Shown one piece after another: positions 43,847 to 56,718 of a stretch of 64,000 bases of DNA. The stretch lies in the NCBI GenBank assembly GCA_026936335.1, contig JAPMXV010000051.1, positions 496,001 through 560,000 on the forward strand, written 5' to 3'. The position numbers and the translations under genes were made by a program. Origin of the DNA: Mantamonas sphyraenae STR306. Its lineage: Eukaryota > Protista > CRuMs. How positions within the stretch are numbered: the stretch's first letter is position 1; every line of letters starts with the position of its first letter. The notes under the pieces were generated by a model. It was given only the letters and a program-made list of their open reading frames with translations, searched no databases and was not told the origin of the DNA.

Positions 43847-45111
43847 ATGGGCAGAGAATTGCGGCTCCCCCCCGTCGCCCAAAACAAAAGCCAACCCATT
43901 CCACCATTGAGACCATCGACCATGCAGATGCAGAGTGACATTCAGATGCCTTATGGGCAGCACAAGGGGCAAATCCAGCTGGTGAGTGTGTTTGGGTGGA
44001 GGGAGACTCTTGGCGCTCCGGGTGAAGCTGACGCGTGGGTGACGGGTGTAGGTGCTGGGGCCGATGTTTTCGGGCAAGTCGACGGAACTTTTGCGCAGGG
44101 TGCGTCGATACACGATTGCAAACAAGAAGTGTAGGTTGTGCGGGAGGACGGGGCGAAAAAGAAAAAAGGGCGGGAGCTTGATCAGCTGCGTGCGCGCCAA
44201 TTTTCAAAGGGATCGGATATGGCGGGAAGAGGGGACACTGACATGCATTTGAGGCCCGCTGTGGGCGGGGCGTGGACGGTGAATGCCTACAGGCCTGGTG
44301 ATTAAGTACAAGCACGACACACGGTACTCTGTGGACGAGATGAGCACGCACGATAGGTAGGCTGTCCAAATTGTGGTGCGCGCGGCAATTTGGCGCGAAA
44401 ATTTTTGGCGGGAAGGTCTGACACGCCGGGGTCACAGAGTGACGTGCTGTGCGAGGCCGTGCGACACATTGTTCGATGCGGAAGACGATGCGGACGCATA
44501 CGACGTTATTGGGATCGATGAGGGCCAGTTCTTCCCGGATGTGGTTGAGTTTTGCGAGAAGATGGCCAACGCCGGCAAGATTGTGATTGTGGCGGCACTG
44601 GTGAGTATTCCGAGGAGGGGTTGTGAGCGATTTAGTATTGCGCATGAGCGCTGACACGATGGGCGTGATGAAGGATGGGACGTTCCAGCGCAAGGCGTTT
44701 GGCAAGGTGCTGGAACTTGTGCCGCTTGCGGAGCACGTGATCAAGCTGCGTGCCATCTGCCACCTGTGCTTCAAGGACGCGGCATTCAGCAAGCGCATCG
44801 GGAAGGAGATGGAGGTGGAGGTGATTGGTGGCGAGGAGAAGTACGTGGCCGTTTGCCGAGAGTGCTTCTTTGACGACAACACAGAGCAGCTGGAGCAGGA
44901 GCTGCAGGCAAAGCAGAAGGAGGTGGAAAGGGAGCAAGACCAGCAACAGCAACAAGAGCAGGAGCAGGAGCAGGAGCAGGGACCAAGTGGTATTGGGGGC
45001 AAGAAGCACGCCGATGTGGAGGTGGCCAAGGTGAAGCAACTGGGCCAACTGCTGGAGCTGGGCGACCACACCCCGAGCAGCATTGGAGGCAGCGCGGGAC
45101 GAGACCTGTGA
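43847..45111 (+). CDS. TK1: Thymidine kinase (TK1 type); multi-exon, start uncertain (43847 or 43922)
   Basis: '[14 protein letters not shown]', 'DTRY', '[10 protein letters not shown]', 'VIVAALDGTFQRK', 'CHLC...[15 protein letters not shown]'. Confidence 0.95.
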
Positions 45112-45131
45112 GCAATGGATGTGGATGCATT

Positions 45132-46005
45132 TTAGACTTCTTGGAGGGCCACGCGTTCGAGAGGCTTGTTCTTGGGCACGGCGGCCTTGTACCGCGCCGT
45201 CACGGCGTCCTTGATCTCAAAGGCGAGAGGCGTTTCAAAGGTCAAGCGCTTCTCCAGAGTGTCGGAGACGACAAAGGTCATTTCAAAGAGGTTGTCCGGG
45301 AGGAGGTCTTCCTCCACAAGCGGGCTATCGGTGGAGGGGCTTTCCTCCTTGTTCTCTTCGGTGGTGGTGGTGGTGGTTTCTTCACTGGTGTCGTCCTCGT
45401 TGGCGGTGGTGGTAGTGGTGGTGGTTTCTTCACTGGTTTCGCCCTCGTTGGCGGCGGTGGTGGTTTCGTCACTGGTTTCGTCCTCGCCATTCTCCTCGTT
45501 GGCGGTGGTGGCGGAGGTTTGTGGGACGCCGAGATCTTCGCCAGTTTCGAGTTCGATTTCGTCCACTCCGACAGTCGGGGTGGCGGAGGAGGAGCCCGAA
45601 GCAGCCTCGCGCTTAAGGCGCTGCGTTTCTTCTGTGCGCGCGTGGAATTTGGCGAGCTTGGGGTAGGAAAAGTAGGCGTAGTCGATTCGGTGCACCGGGT
45701 GGAGGACGGACACGCCGCTGGTGCTGAGTTCGAGGATGACGTCGCGGCGCTCGACAGAGTCACCCGAGGTGATGATTTCCTGAGAGAGGGCAGGTGGGAA
45801 AGAGTCAGCCTAGGGCGGCGTTGGACGCGAGAAAGTTCGGAAGGAAACCAAGGCCGAGACGTACGACGGCTTCAAACTCTTTGGGCTGGGACAGGTCGAC
45901 GTCGACCATGGCTTCTTCGTCCCAATTCCAGGCGTCGCTGACGTCGTACCAAGACATGGCGCGTTGCTTGCGCATCTGCTTGCGGGCTTCCTCTGGGGTG
46001 GACAT
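45132..46005 (-). CDS. Hypothetical protein with a Thr/Glu-rich repeat insert (possible PH/PTB-like fold); intron 45864-45780
   Basis: In-frame splice GTACGT...TCTCAG joins 'MSTPEEARKQ...EFEAV' to 'EIITSGDSVERRDVILELSTSGVSVL...'. Confidence 0.55.
45361..45510 (-). repeat. Imperfect coding tandem repeat (TTTANE-x-TSEETTT)
   Basis: Three copies of ggtttc(t/g)tcactggt...cctcgttggcg on the + strand. Confidence 0.75.
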
Positions 46006-46181
46006 TGACTTTTTCCGTTGGCCTTGGAGGCGAATGATCAGCCAGAGCCGACACGATGTGAAGGGAGATGGTTCGAAAGGGCTGGGAAGCATGTGCTTCA
46101 AGTGCATTTGGCAAGCAAGGAGATGGGCCGACACGGCAGCCGCTGATGCGACCACCGCAAACAACCCGAACAACACGAACG

Positions 46182-47061
46182 ATGTCTTCTACGCGCTGGC
46201 TCCCTCTCGAAAGCAACCCCGATGTGCTGAACAAGGTAGGTGGATGCAGTGTGTGTCTGGTGTGCTCGGTTGGGTGCGGTTTGGTGCATGTGTGCATCAG
46301 GGGATGACAGGCGGAAAGTGGACAAGAGGGCACAAACACAGGAATTCGTGCGGGTGTGGTTTTTCCCCTCTGACGCGCTGACGGGTTGGCATCTGACACG
46401 GAACGGACGCACGGCACTGTAGTTCTGCAGCGGGCTGGGCATGCCCGGCTCGGTGGCATTCACAGACGTGTGGGGTCTGGACGAGGAGCTGCTTGCGATG
46501 CTGCCGTCCAAGATCCACGCCATGGTGTTCCTGTACCCGATCACCGACGTGTCGGACAACTACCGTAAGGAGGAGGTGGCCAAACTGCAGGAGGAAGGGC
46601 AGGAAGTGGGCGAGAATGTGTTCTTTGTCAAGCAAACCATCGGCAACGCGTGCGGGACCATCGGCGTGCTGCACTGCATGGCCAACGCCCAGGGCTTTGA
46701 GGTTGAGGACGGCTTCTTCAAGACCTTTGTGCAGGACACGAAGGACATGGATGCCGACGAGCGTGCAGCATACCTGGAGTCAGACAAGGCGCAAGCACTC
46801 GAGCAGGCCCACGGCCAGAGCGCAAGCGAGGGCCAAACCAACGCAGAGGAGCACGAAGGCACCAACCTTCACTTTATTGCGTTTGTGCCCGTCGATGGCG
46901 TCCTGTACGAGTTTGACGGCCGCAAGCCCTTCCCCATCAACCACGGCAAGACCACGGACGAGACGTTTGCATCGGACACTGCAGCTGTGATCCAGCAGTT
47001 TATGAAGCGCGACCCGGAGCAGTACGAGTTTACGACGATGGCTCTGTGCGACGCGCAGTAA
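46182..47061 (+). CDS. UCHL3: Ubiquitin C-terminal hydrolase UCH-L3/YUH1; intron 46236-46421
   Basis: 'WLPLESNPDVLN', 'KQTIGNACGTIGVLH', 'HFIAFV', 'LYEFDGRK'. Confidence 0.93.
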
Positions 47062-47074
47062 TGGATTCGGAAAC

Positions 47075-47690
47075 TCAGTAGTCTTCTTCGAGATCCCCGT
47101 CGTCGTCGTTGCCGTTGCTGTTGCTGTTGCTCTCTTTTGCGTCGTCTTGGTCGTTGCCCAGCTCCTCGTTGACCGCCTTGAGGGCTGCGTAAGCCGCTTC
47201 GGCTTCCGTGGACTGCTGCACGTGGTCGTCGTCGCTGTGTTCCTTGAGGAGCACAGTGAGGTCGGCTGCCGTGTTTTCCAAGCGCCTGCGACAGTCATCG
47301 ATCATTGCTTTGGATTCGGCGATGACTTGTTCCTGAGTGGTGGCGAGTGCATGAGACAAGCGTGTCAGTGTCGCGTGCTGTGTGACATCTTGCCCGTGTG
47401 TCAGCGCAAAGACCCACCTGTTGCTTGAGTCGATCGGTGTTGCCTGACTCTTTCATCTTGAGCAACCGCTCCTCTTCCTCCTCAACCTCTTTCTCGTACG
47501 ACAGCATCTCCTTGTGCAGGCTGTATTGGGCGTGTTAGCAAACGCCCCAACCGTTTCGCGCCGGAATTGCTCAGCGCGCGAGCGATTCCGCGTTGCTGCG
47601 TCGTGGGCTGACGACCTCCTCTGTCCACACGTACCGAGTGCACGAGCCAGTCTTGATTTTGATGCGGCGCTTGATGTCAGACACGGACAT
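47075..47690 (-). CDS. TBCA: Tubulin-binding cofactor A; 3 exons
   Basis: 'IKIKTGSCTR|LHKEMLSYEKE...KQQ|EQVIAESKAMIDDCRRRL'. Confidence 0.9.
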
Positions 47691-47890
47691 GGGTGGTGTT
47701 TGGGACGAGCGGTGTTCTTGTGGCTGGACGCACGCACACATGCGGTGTGTCCAGGTGAGGCGAGATTTCGGTGGGAACGCGGGGAAAGGCCAGAGGCGGA
47801 GGAGTGGGGAGAGTGCACGAGTGCGAGAATGGGAGATGGGATCGCGTTGGCGAGAGCAGCTGAGCAGCAGCGCCTTTTCATTTGCCCACT

Positions 47891-48853
47891 TCACAGGAAC
47901 AGCTTCTGGCACTGTTCGACGGTGTGCGCAGGGCCTGTGGTGGTGTTTCCGTTGACACCCTCGTGCATAAAGATCTCGTAGTCGTTGCCGCCCTCGTAGG
48001 TCTTGTCGCCAAAGAAAAAGACGTTCTCAAACGCAGGCTTGCCCTCGTCGTCGTTGAGGTGGTTCAGGCAGTACGTCTTGTCCCACCCCGTGGGGAACAC
48101 GTCAAAGCTGATTTGGCCGCCAATGGAAAAGGTCCACTTGTCGCTGCCAAACTTCTCCTTGAGGGCGTCGACAAATTGCGGGCGGATCTTGTGCTCCTGG
48201 TCGTAGGCGTTGAACTCGACACGCTCTTCTTGGTTGACGTTGCGGCCGCATGGGGAGACGTTGATCATGCCGTTGCGGAACTCCACAAACGTGCCACGTT
48301 TGGCCGGGAGACCCTTGAGGTCTGCAATGTAGTGGAGGCAAAAGTCGATAAAGTCCTGCAGCTCCTGCTCGGAAAACTCGCTCTTGAGGGACTGTGCATA
48401 GACGTGTGCGTGTGGGTTGGGTTAGGCAAGGCGCAGCGACGGCGGAGGGAGCGTCGGGGCTACTTACGGCGCGGTGAATCTCCTTTCCCTCCTTGAAGGC
48501 CAACAGGCCGTTCTCAGAGAAGACGTAGTCAAACATCTCGAGAACTGCGGGAGTGCCGAACACGCAACGGGGTGCGGGAGGTGTCAGCACGGGCGTGTGC
48601 ATCAGCTGTTGGAGGGCTGGGGCGTCGGGGAAGGGAACGGCGGCTGTGCGCCGGAAAACGGACTGTTGTCACCGAGCTGCTCCTGCTGCTTGACGAGGTC
48701 TGAGCCACCCACGATGCCGATGGTGACCACCTTGCGCAGCTGCTGAATGAAATCCAGAGTCTCCTGGTTGGCCTCGAGGCGGGGTTCAGTCAGGGTGCCG
48801 TCGACGTCAAAGAGGACGATGGTGTTGTCGCGGGAGTACTTGGTAGTAGACAT
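47891..48853 (-). CDS. PMM: Phosphomannomutase (SEC53/PMM2); multi-exon
   Basis: HAD 'LFDVDGTLT', 'IVGGSD', 'FSENGL', '[14 protein letters not shown]', '[11 protein letters not shown]', '[15 protein letters not shown]'. Confidence 0.96.
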
Positions 48854-49018
48854 TTTCTGTGTGGCGTTCAGATGGGTGGATGGCCGCAGCCGCAATCGAC
48901 GCGAACTTGACATGCAACATCTGTCGGGGTGTCGGAGTGGTGTTTGGGTGCAGCATTGGTGACGTCAAGACCTCGTGGCGCCAGTGCAGCCAGCAGTGCA
49001 GTGCGGAGCCTTGGGGAG

Positions 49019-51228
49019 ATGTCTGGATCGGATGCAGGAGGGCCACCATCACCTGCGTCGTCGACGACGTCGACAAGCACACGCAAGAGCAGCAGCAAGG
49101 CCAGCCGCAAGCGTGAACGCAACGCAGAGACCACGCTGATGTACGAGAAGCGCAGACGCGTGAGCTACTACTGCGACTACTGCCAGCGAGACATCACCGA
49201 GACACTGCGCATCCGGTGTGCAGAGTGCTCCGACTTGGACATGTGTCTCCAGTGCTTCTCTGTGGGAGCAGAGATCTGCACGACGAGCATCATCGATCCG
49301 GCGACGGTGAAGCGGCCGTCGAAACACAAGTCGACACACAAATACCGCGTGATGGAGGACCTGAGCTTCCCTCTGTTTGAGAACGAGTGGGGAGCAGAAG
49401 AGGTGGGTTGTGTGTGAGCGGATGTGGGTGTGGTGTGGTTGTGTGGCCACCGTGTGGGCGTGTGGGCGGACGTGCAAGTGAGAGTGGAAAGGGCGGGAGT
49501 GAGTTTTGGCAGACACAGCCGGCTACAGGCGCTGACAGGGAGACGGACACGGGTGTGTTGCGGCTACGCATACGCCCACGGGGACGGATACACACAGGAG
49601 CTGCTTCTGTTGGAGGGGATTGAGCTGAAAGGTCTGTCCAACTGGGCAGGAGTCTCTGCACACGTGAGCACAAAGAGCGCCGAGCAGTGTCACGAGCACT
49701 ACTTGCGGTTCTATGTCAACACAGCGACAGCACCAGCACCGGTGAGTGGAAGCACGGGGAGGAGCATGGGTGTGTAGCGACACGCTGGGTGTGCATGATG
49801 TGCGGTGCAGGGTGTGTGGCACGCATGGACTGTGGAAACGAGAGAGAGCAAGAGAGAGTGTGCGACGTGAGCAATTTGCTCGAGCGACCCAGCGGCTGAC
49901 ACAAGAGGGACAACGTGGACGGGTTGCAGGATCCGGAGTCACAGCTTCTGGGATCGCGTCAGGAGGTGGCGGCGTATCTGCGCAATCGTGCGCTGATGCC
50001 GAGCCGTGCAAGGTGAGTGAGGGAGAGGAAGAGATCAGGGGCCGTTCACACACGCACGCTGCTGACACAGACAGCGGGACACAGTGGGTCATCGTCGTCG
50101 TCGAGCTCGAGCAAAAAGGACAGCAAGGTCAAGACAAAGCCGTCGAAGCCGAAGCTGGAGGCAAAGGGGAGCAAGCCGACGCCGCTGGAGATTGCGGGCT
50201 GGATGCCAAAGCGAGGGGACTTTGAGTTTGAAGACGACAACGAAGCAGAGCTGTTGGTGGCGGACATGGAGTTTTACGAAGACGACACGCCGCTGGACCG
50301 GCAGCTGAAGCTGAAGATCATGGAGATGTACAACCACAAACTGGACAAGAGGCAGCTGCGGAAGGAGTTTGCGCTGGACCGGGGCCTGATCTCGAGGGAC
50401 GGGAGCGGACGAAGGCGCAAGGTGGTGAAGGAGGACAAAGAGATTGCGGCGTTGAAGAAGCCGTTTGTGACGTTGTGCAAGCCACTGATGCGGTTCCACA
50501 GTCTGGAGGAACACGAACAGTTTGTGACGGGTGTGGCGTTGGAAAAGTCGCTGTTTGCGCAGTTGGAGCGGTGCAAGGAGTACCGTCGAGCGGGAATCCG
50601 GACACTGGCAGAGGCAGAGCAGTACGAGTTTATGGCGAAGCAGCGTGACGAAAAGAGCCGGCTGAACAGGAATCGGGACGACAGCTATCTGTATGGACAG
50701 AGGACACCCGGGCGAACAAAGAGTCAGAGTGGAGGGTTGATGTTTAGTCCGAGGAGCCAGGGGGGTCGGGCGGACGTGAAGCTGCTGGACATCAGCGGGC
50801 TGCCAGCGTTTGAAAACCTGTCGCCGCAGGAACGGGAGCTGTGTTCGCGAGTGCGTGTGACACCGACGCAGTACTTCCGAATCAAGGACACGCTGTTGAG
50901 CGAGTGCGAGACACAGGGGTATCTGAAGAGGAACCAGGCGCGAAAGCTGATCAAGATCGACGTTGCAAAGACGGGCAAGCTGTACGACTACTTTGTGGAG
51001 GCCGGGTGGATCAACAAAGAGGCGCGTGTGAGCGGGGTGAGTGGGGTGGCCGGGGTTGTGGCGAGCGGGGATGGAGGGATGGAGGTTGTGGGAGAGACGT
51101 TGTTGGTGAAGCAGGAGCCTGTGGTGTCGTTGGAAGGGGCTGGGATGCAGGTGGAGGAGGGAGGTGGAGGCAGGCAGCAGCAGCAGGGAGGGGAGGCGGT
51201 GGGCAAGGTGGAGCCTGCCACTGGGTGA
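49019..51228 (+). CDS. ADA2: Transcriptional adapter ADA2 (copy 1); multi-exon
   Basis: ZZ finger 'YYCDYCQRDI...RIRCAECSDLDMCLQCFSVG', SANT 'WGAEEELLLLEGI...NW', 'MPKRGDFEFE', SWIRM 'IKIDVAKTGKLYDYFVEAGWI'. Confidence 0.93.
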
Positions 51229-51262
51229 GGATGTGCGAGTGTCGGAGCAAAACAAACCAGCG

Positions 51263-53281
51263 ATGATTCTCTCTCGCCAGCGCGCATCTTCGTCTTCCAG
51301 CTCCAGCAAGGAGAAGAACAAGAACAAAGTGCCGACACTGCAGGAGTTTATTGACAAGCGGGACTACATTGGAGCAGCGACGTTGTGCGAGTTCTTGGAG
51401 AGCTCGTACAAGCGTAAGGAGGTGGACGAGGCAGAGCGCACGACCAACATGATGTGGTTGGCATACAGCTATTTTCACGCCGGCAAGTACGACAAGGCCG
51501 CAGAGGTGAGCTGATGGAGAGGCACGGGAGCACAAGCGAGTGGAGATCGAGCTGACGCAACCCACACCCGTTTTTGCACAACGCGCACAGGCATACCGCA
51601 AGCTCATCGACGCAGGAAACCAGGACAGCAACCTGACGGTGTTCCTTGCTTGCTGTCTCTTTTACATGGGCGAGTACGAGGAGGCCGAGGAGATCGCGCT
51701 GAAAGGTCCGTTGCCCAGGAGGCGGCCGTTTTTGGCGGCGGATGGTCTTCCGCTTTTTGGCGCGCAAGGAGGCACGCGCGGATTTGTAGACGCTGACACA
51801 CATACACACACACACATGTACACACACATGTACGACACATTCACCATCTCTTGGCGTGACACATATGTCCTTGTGCAGCCATTCCGGATGAGTTGCAGAA
51901 GCGGCTGCTATTCCATCTGGCCCAAAAGTCCAAGGACGAGGACAAACTCATTGCCTACCACGCCAAGCTGCAAGACACCACAGCGGACCAGCTGTGTCTG
52001 GCTTCTGTGCACTGTCTGCGTGGCCACTACCAGGAAGCAATCGAGGTGTACAAAAGCATCCTGAGCCAAAACCGCAAGTATCTTGCCCTGAGCGTGGCCA
52101 TCAGCATCGCGTACTACCGCCTTGACTACTACGAGGTGAGTCTGGAGATTGTGGACGCCTACCTCAAGGACTACCCAGACTCGATTACAGCCGTCAACCT
52201 GAAAGCTTGCAACGTGCACCGGCTGTACAATGGCCAGATGGCCCTGAAAGAACTGGACCGCCTCATGAAGGACATCGAGGGTTCCAAGAACGTGTTTGGC
52301 GACGAAGTGCTTCGGCACAATCGTGTGGTGTTTCGCAACGGTGCCGACGCGCAAACGGTGTTGACATCGTTGTTGGATGTGATTCCTGAGGCTCGCCTCA
52401 ACTTGGTGATCTTCAACCTGCAGAACGGCCACTACGAAGAGGCGTTTGAACTGATGAAGGACGTGGAGCCAACCACACCGCAAGAGTACATCCTCAAGGC
52501 AGTGACCAACTGCGCCTTGGGTCAGGAGAAAAAGAGCAACATGATGCTGCAGACGGCCAAGCACTACTTCCAGTTGATTGGCTCGTCCGAGAGCGAGCAG
52601 GACACCATCCCTGGACGACAGTGCATGGCCAGCGCGTTTATTATGACCAAGAAGTTTGATGACGCATACTTTGTACGTGGTGTGTGTGTGAGAGACGGGA
52701 GAGAGTGTGTGTGTGTGTGTGTGTGCAAACACTTTCTGACTCCTCGTGCGCCCTTACAGTATCTGGACAGCATTCGCGAGTTCTTCTCCGAGGACGACAC
52801 GTTCAACACCAACCTGGGGGTATGCATGGCAGCAAACGGAGACTATGAAAATGCTGTGCAGACACTGCGCAAGGTGCAAAACGAAAGCTACTATCAAGAC
52901 GTGTCGTTTCTGTCGTGGCTGGCTCTGAGCCTGATCCACTGCAGGCAGCCAGCAGATGCATACGACTTGTGGCTGAATCTGGAGGACAAGAGCAAGGAAA
53001 ACTCGTTCAAGCTGCTTCTGCTGCTTGCAAACGAATGCTACCGTTGCGGCTGCTTCTACTACGCCGCACAGGCGTTTGATGTGCTCACACGCATGGAGCC
53101 CAACGACCCGACCATGTTTGACGGCAAGCGCAACGCCATCCTCGGTTGCTGGCAGTCGATTGTGGCTGGCCAAGAGCCGCACGACACCATCCGTGAGCTG
53201 TTTGACTTGCTGCACGAAGACAACCCGCAAGCGAACTACATTCGGGCGACGATGCAGCGGTGGGAGAGTGGCGAGATTTGA
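51263..53281 (+). CDS. IFT56: Intraflagellar transport protein 56 (TTC26/DYF-13); multi-exon
   Basis: 'MILSR', 'PTLQEFIDKRDYIGAATLCEF', 'RLLFHLAQK', 'DYYEVS', 'IPEARLNLVIF', 'DTIPGRQCMAS', 'ANECYR'. Confidence 0.92.
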
Positions 53282-53313
53282 TGGAGGAAGGATTGAATGC
53301 AGATTCATGCAGC

Positions 53314-54395
53314 TCACACAAAGTGAATCGCGTTGTGGCAGTGGACCGGGTGGAGGCTAAGCAGCACACCGACCTGCCCCAACCAGTACGTGATCATAAC
53401 AAGCCACTTTTGGGCAGGGACGGCAACGACAAAGCGGTTGATGGCCAGGATGGCGTCGGAGAGCATGAGCAGTGCCGCACCGGCAAAGGCAATGAACTGG
53501 CGTCGTCGGCGCTTGCGCTCTACTGGATCCAGAAGCAATTCGTCCTCCAACTCCTCTGTGTGGTCGTAAAAGTGACGATGGGTGCGCGGGGAGGCAAGCA
53601 GCTTGGACTGCTCCGTGGTGGGCGAGGTCGCCTGACGAGCGTTGATGCTGGCAGCGTGGGCAGCCGCCTGAGCGTCGAGAGCCTTGACAAGCTGTGAAGA
53701 GTGGCCAATGCGTGCGGCAGCCCTCCAGACACAGGCAGCCTCGACGACGACGTAGATGAGGACCGGAACGACGAGCTGGCCAAGGTGGGGAATGAGCAGG
53801 ACCGCAAAGAGGATGGCGGTGGCTGCCATGGGCACCGAGCGCAAGGGCTGCAGGCGCACACCTCCGTATGAGAATGCGCTGATGTACATGACGTGTTGGC
53901 CCATGAAGCAGGCCATGCCTGCAATGAAGAACTCGTTCTCGGAGAGCTCCATGTTGAAGTCACCACAGCCAGCAAGCACAAGGCCGATGGAGATCAGGAT
54001 AGTGTACATGCGGTCTCGGAGCTCTCGCCCGTGCATTGGCACCAGAGGAAGCCGAGGTTTGCGCCCAGGAGGACGGGCACGGCCTTGATTGCAGGCAGCA
54101 GGTACCAAAGCGTCTGGCCCTGCACAATACCATGTTGGGCAAACAGAGCCCGCACAACAAAGTAGGCGACCATAAAGAGGAGGATGAGCACGCCAAGGAC
54201 AACGTCAAAGCCACTTGTGGCGTGATTCTCCATGTTGCCGCTCTGGTTCCGCGCGAGATGTCTCGCGTGGACCTTTCGATGAATCTTTCCGCCCTCCTTG
54301 CGCCGCTGCTGGCGCACCTTGTCGGGCGTGTCCCCCACCACCATGGTGACCTCATTGGAAATACGCACAGAGTTGGACGATGACTTTTGAGGCAT
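53314..54395 (-). CDS. YhhN/TMEM86-family lysoplasmalogenase-like membrane protein with an apparent 1-nt frameshift near 54040
   Basis: 'IKAVPVLL' lies in one frame; 'GLVLAGCGD...FIAGMACFMGQHVMYISAF...GAALLMLSDAILAINRF...VMITYWLGQ' lies in another. Confidence 0.8.
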
Positions 54396-54464
54396 GATGG
54401 GTTGGGTGGTGCAGCGGGACGCGCTCGGAAGGCCAGAGGAAACCCGAACCAGCGCGACGCAGCC

Positions 54465-55231
54465 ATGTCGAGCTCTTACGATGATGAACAGAAAGTGGAC
54501 ATCCGCAAGCTGATGAACTACCCGTTGATCAAGGTGAGGAGGAGGGTGTGATTGGGGGTCACAGAGTCGCACGACAAGGATCGCAGCTGGCGGAGAAGCT
54601 TTGGAAGGACTCACACACAACGATGCGAACGATGGGACGCACCGCAGGACCACGATATGAACGAAGAGATGAAGAGCGATGCCCAGGACCAGATTGTGAT
54701 GGCCCTGGAAAACCAGAACTACACATACGAGGTGCGTTTTCACAGTGGTTGGCGGCAACGGCTTTCTCAAGCAAATTGTGCGCGTGTGTGTGCGCACGTA
54801 TGGAGAGCACACGAGTCGAAGCGCATGGCTGAGCACGCCAGTGTGCATGTCATTGCGTCAGTGTGCTCCTTCTGCACATGTGTGCGCCTGTATAAGCGGA
54901 TATGGAAGAGGCGCGCCGAGACGGAGAGGCGCGCGAGCCTAGCTGACACACAAGGGGCTGCTTTGCGACACACACAGGGGGCGGCCAAGTCTGTCAAGGA
55001 GTACATGGACCAGCGGTACCCAGACCCGTCGTGGCAGTGCATCATGGGCGAAGGATTTGCCTTTGAGATCAATGTACGTGGGGGCAAAGAACGGGTGGCG
55101 TGCTGGTACCCACCGGTCGGCTCATACACACACACTCACACGGGCCACGATGCACACTCTCACAGTACGAGGCCAAGCACTTGATGTTTATGTTCTATGG
55201 CAATGTGGCCGTGCTACTCTTCAAGGCCTGA
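54465..55231 (+). CDS. DNAL4: Axonemal dynein light chain 4 (LC8 family); 4 exons
   Basis: 'MNYPLIK|DHDMNEEM...|GAAKSVKEYMDQRY..SWQCIMGEGFAFEIN|YEAKHLMFMFYG'. Confidence 0.88.
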
Positions 55232-55324
55232 ACAAACCACGTGCCCCGGGCAAACACAAGCCCACAGCGCGACACACACCATGCACACGCACACATAACC
55301 ACCATTCATTCTTTCCACAGTCGT

Positions 55325-56718
55325 CTACCCGGCAACAACCTGGCACAGCTTGCAGATCATTGCGCTCATCTGCAGCAAGGTGCCCACTCCCTCCACAATG
55401 CGAAGCTGTGTCTCGCCAATCACACGCATAAAATGCAGTTTTGTCGACTCTTGCATGTCGTAGTTCTTGACCACGTTGAAAATCGTGCCAATGATGTCCT
55501 CGGCCGCATACCCTTGGTCAAAGACGTCGTTGAGCTCGCCCGATGCCTTCTTCACGTCTGCCCCAAGGCAATGCTCGATCATCGACTTGATCTTGACTGG
55601 GTGTGGCTGATCGCACACTTTGAACACGTTGTCAGCGTTGACCATGCCAAAGCCAACATGGGTTGACTGCAGGTTGTTCAGCGCTTTGCGCATGTCTCCC
55701 TCTGCCGTGAACACCACGGCCTCCAGCCCCTCGTCGTCGTAGGCAATCTGTACGTGATGTGCAATGCATGGGTGATGCGTGTGTGCTCGTTTGTGGTCAG
55801 CGCCTCGTCGCGGCCGACAGGTGCAATCCCGCCCTCTTCTCTGCTCCTCAGGATCCACCTACTTCCTCACTGGCGATGATTTCCATCAGTTTCATCGTCA
55901 CCTGTGTGTCCGACAACCTGGAGAACCGCAGGATGGCGCAACGCGACTGAATCGGCTCGATGATCTTGCTGCTGATGTTGCACGCCATGGCAAACCGCGT
56001 CGTGCTTGCGTACTGCTCCATTGTGCGTCGCAGAGCCTGTTGGGCGGCCGTAGTCATGCTGTGGCAATTGCAAGAGACCATGTTCATGTGCCATGGGTGA
56101 GCGGAGGTTCCGGTGTGAGCGGGAGGCTTGGAAAACTCGCTCGGGGAGGTGGGTGATCAAGCCTCGCCTCAGCGTCCTCTGTGTTTCCCGTCTCCCTACC
56201 TGTCTGCCTCGTCCAGAATAACAATCTTGTGCTGGTTGCTGCCCAGCGTGATCTTTTTCTGAGCAAACATCTTGATGCGGTTGCGCACAGTGTCGATGCC
56301 ACGGTCGTCGGAGGCGTTCAGCTCGAGCACTGCGTCGTCGTACAAGTCGCCCAAGATCGCTCGCGCCAGACACGCAATGCTTGTTGTCTTGCCTGTGCCG
56401 GGCGGGCCCTATTTCATGCAAACAGACAATAGAGGAGACAACTTCCGTGTCAGCATGTGCATGTGACTTGGTCTCATGTACCTGTGCACTTACCGCCAGG
56501 ATCAGATGAGGCATGTTTCCGTGTTGCTGGATCACCTGGAAGCGGGCCACAGCCTCTTCGTTGCCCACCACTTCATCCAATGTGGTTGGGCGATACTTTT
56601 CGATCCAAGGCAAGTCATCCGAACCCTGCTGCTTGCGTGTTGACGTGCTGCTGCTGCTGCTGCTGCTGCTGCTCGCCGCTTCGACTTCCATTTCGTTCAA
56701 AGTTTTGGTTGGATTCAT
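55325..56718 (-). CDS. RFC2: Replication factor C subunit 2 (yeast Rfc4 type); multi-exon; start at 56718 or 56691
   Basis: 'PWIEKYRP', '[10 protein letters not shown]', '[25 protein letters not shown]', 'ILDEADSMT', '[10 protein letters not shown]', 'IQSRC'. Confidence 0.95.

Noticed and set aside
43847-45111. Thymidine kinase, TLC and ankyrin genes as a sign of an integrated giant virus
   Set aside because: TK and TLC have host-type introns, and no viral core genes (capsid, polB, packaging ATPase) are present.
49019-51215. ADA2 arms as terminal inverted repeats of a transposon carrying IFT56-RFC2
   Set aside because: The arms are a complete host gene with introns; there is no transposase or target-site duplication, and the cargo is housekeeping genes.
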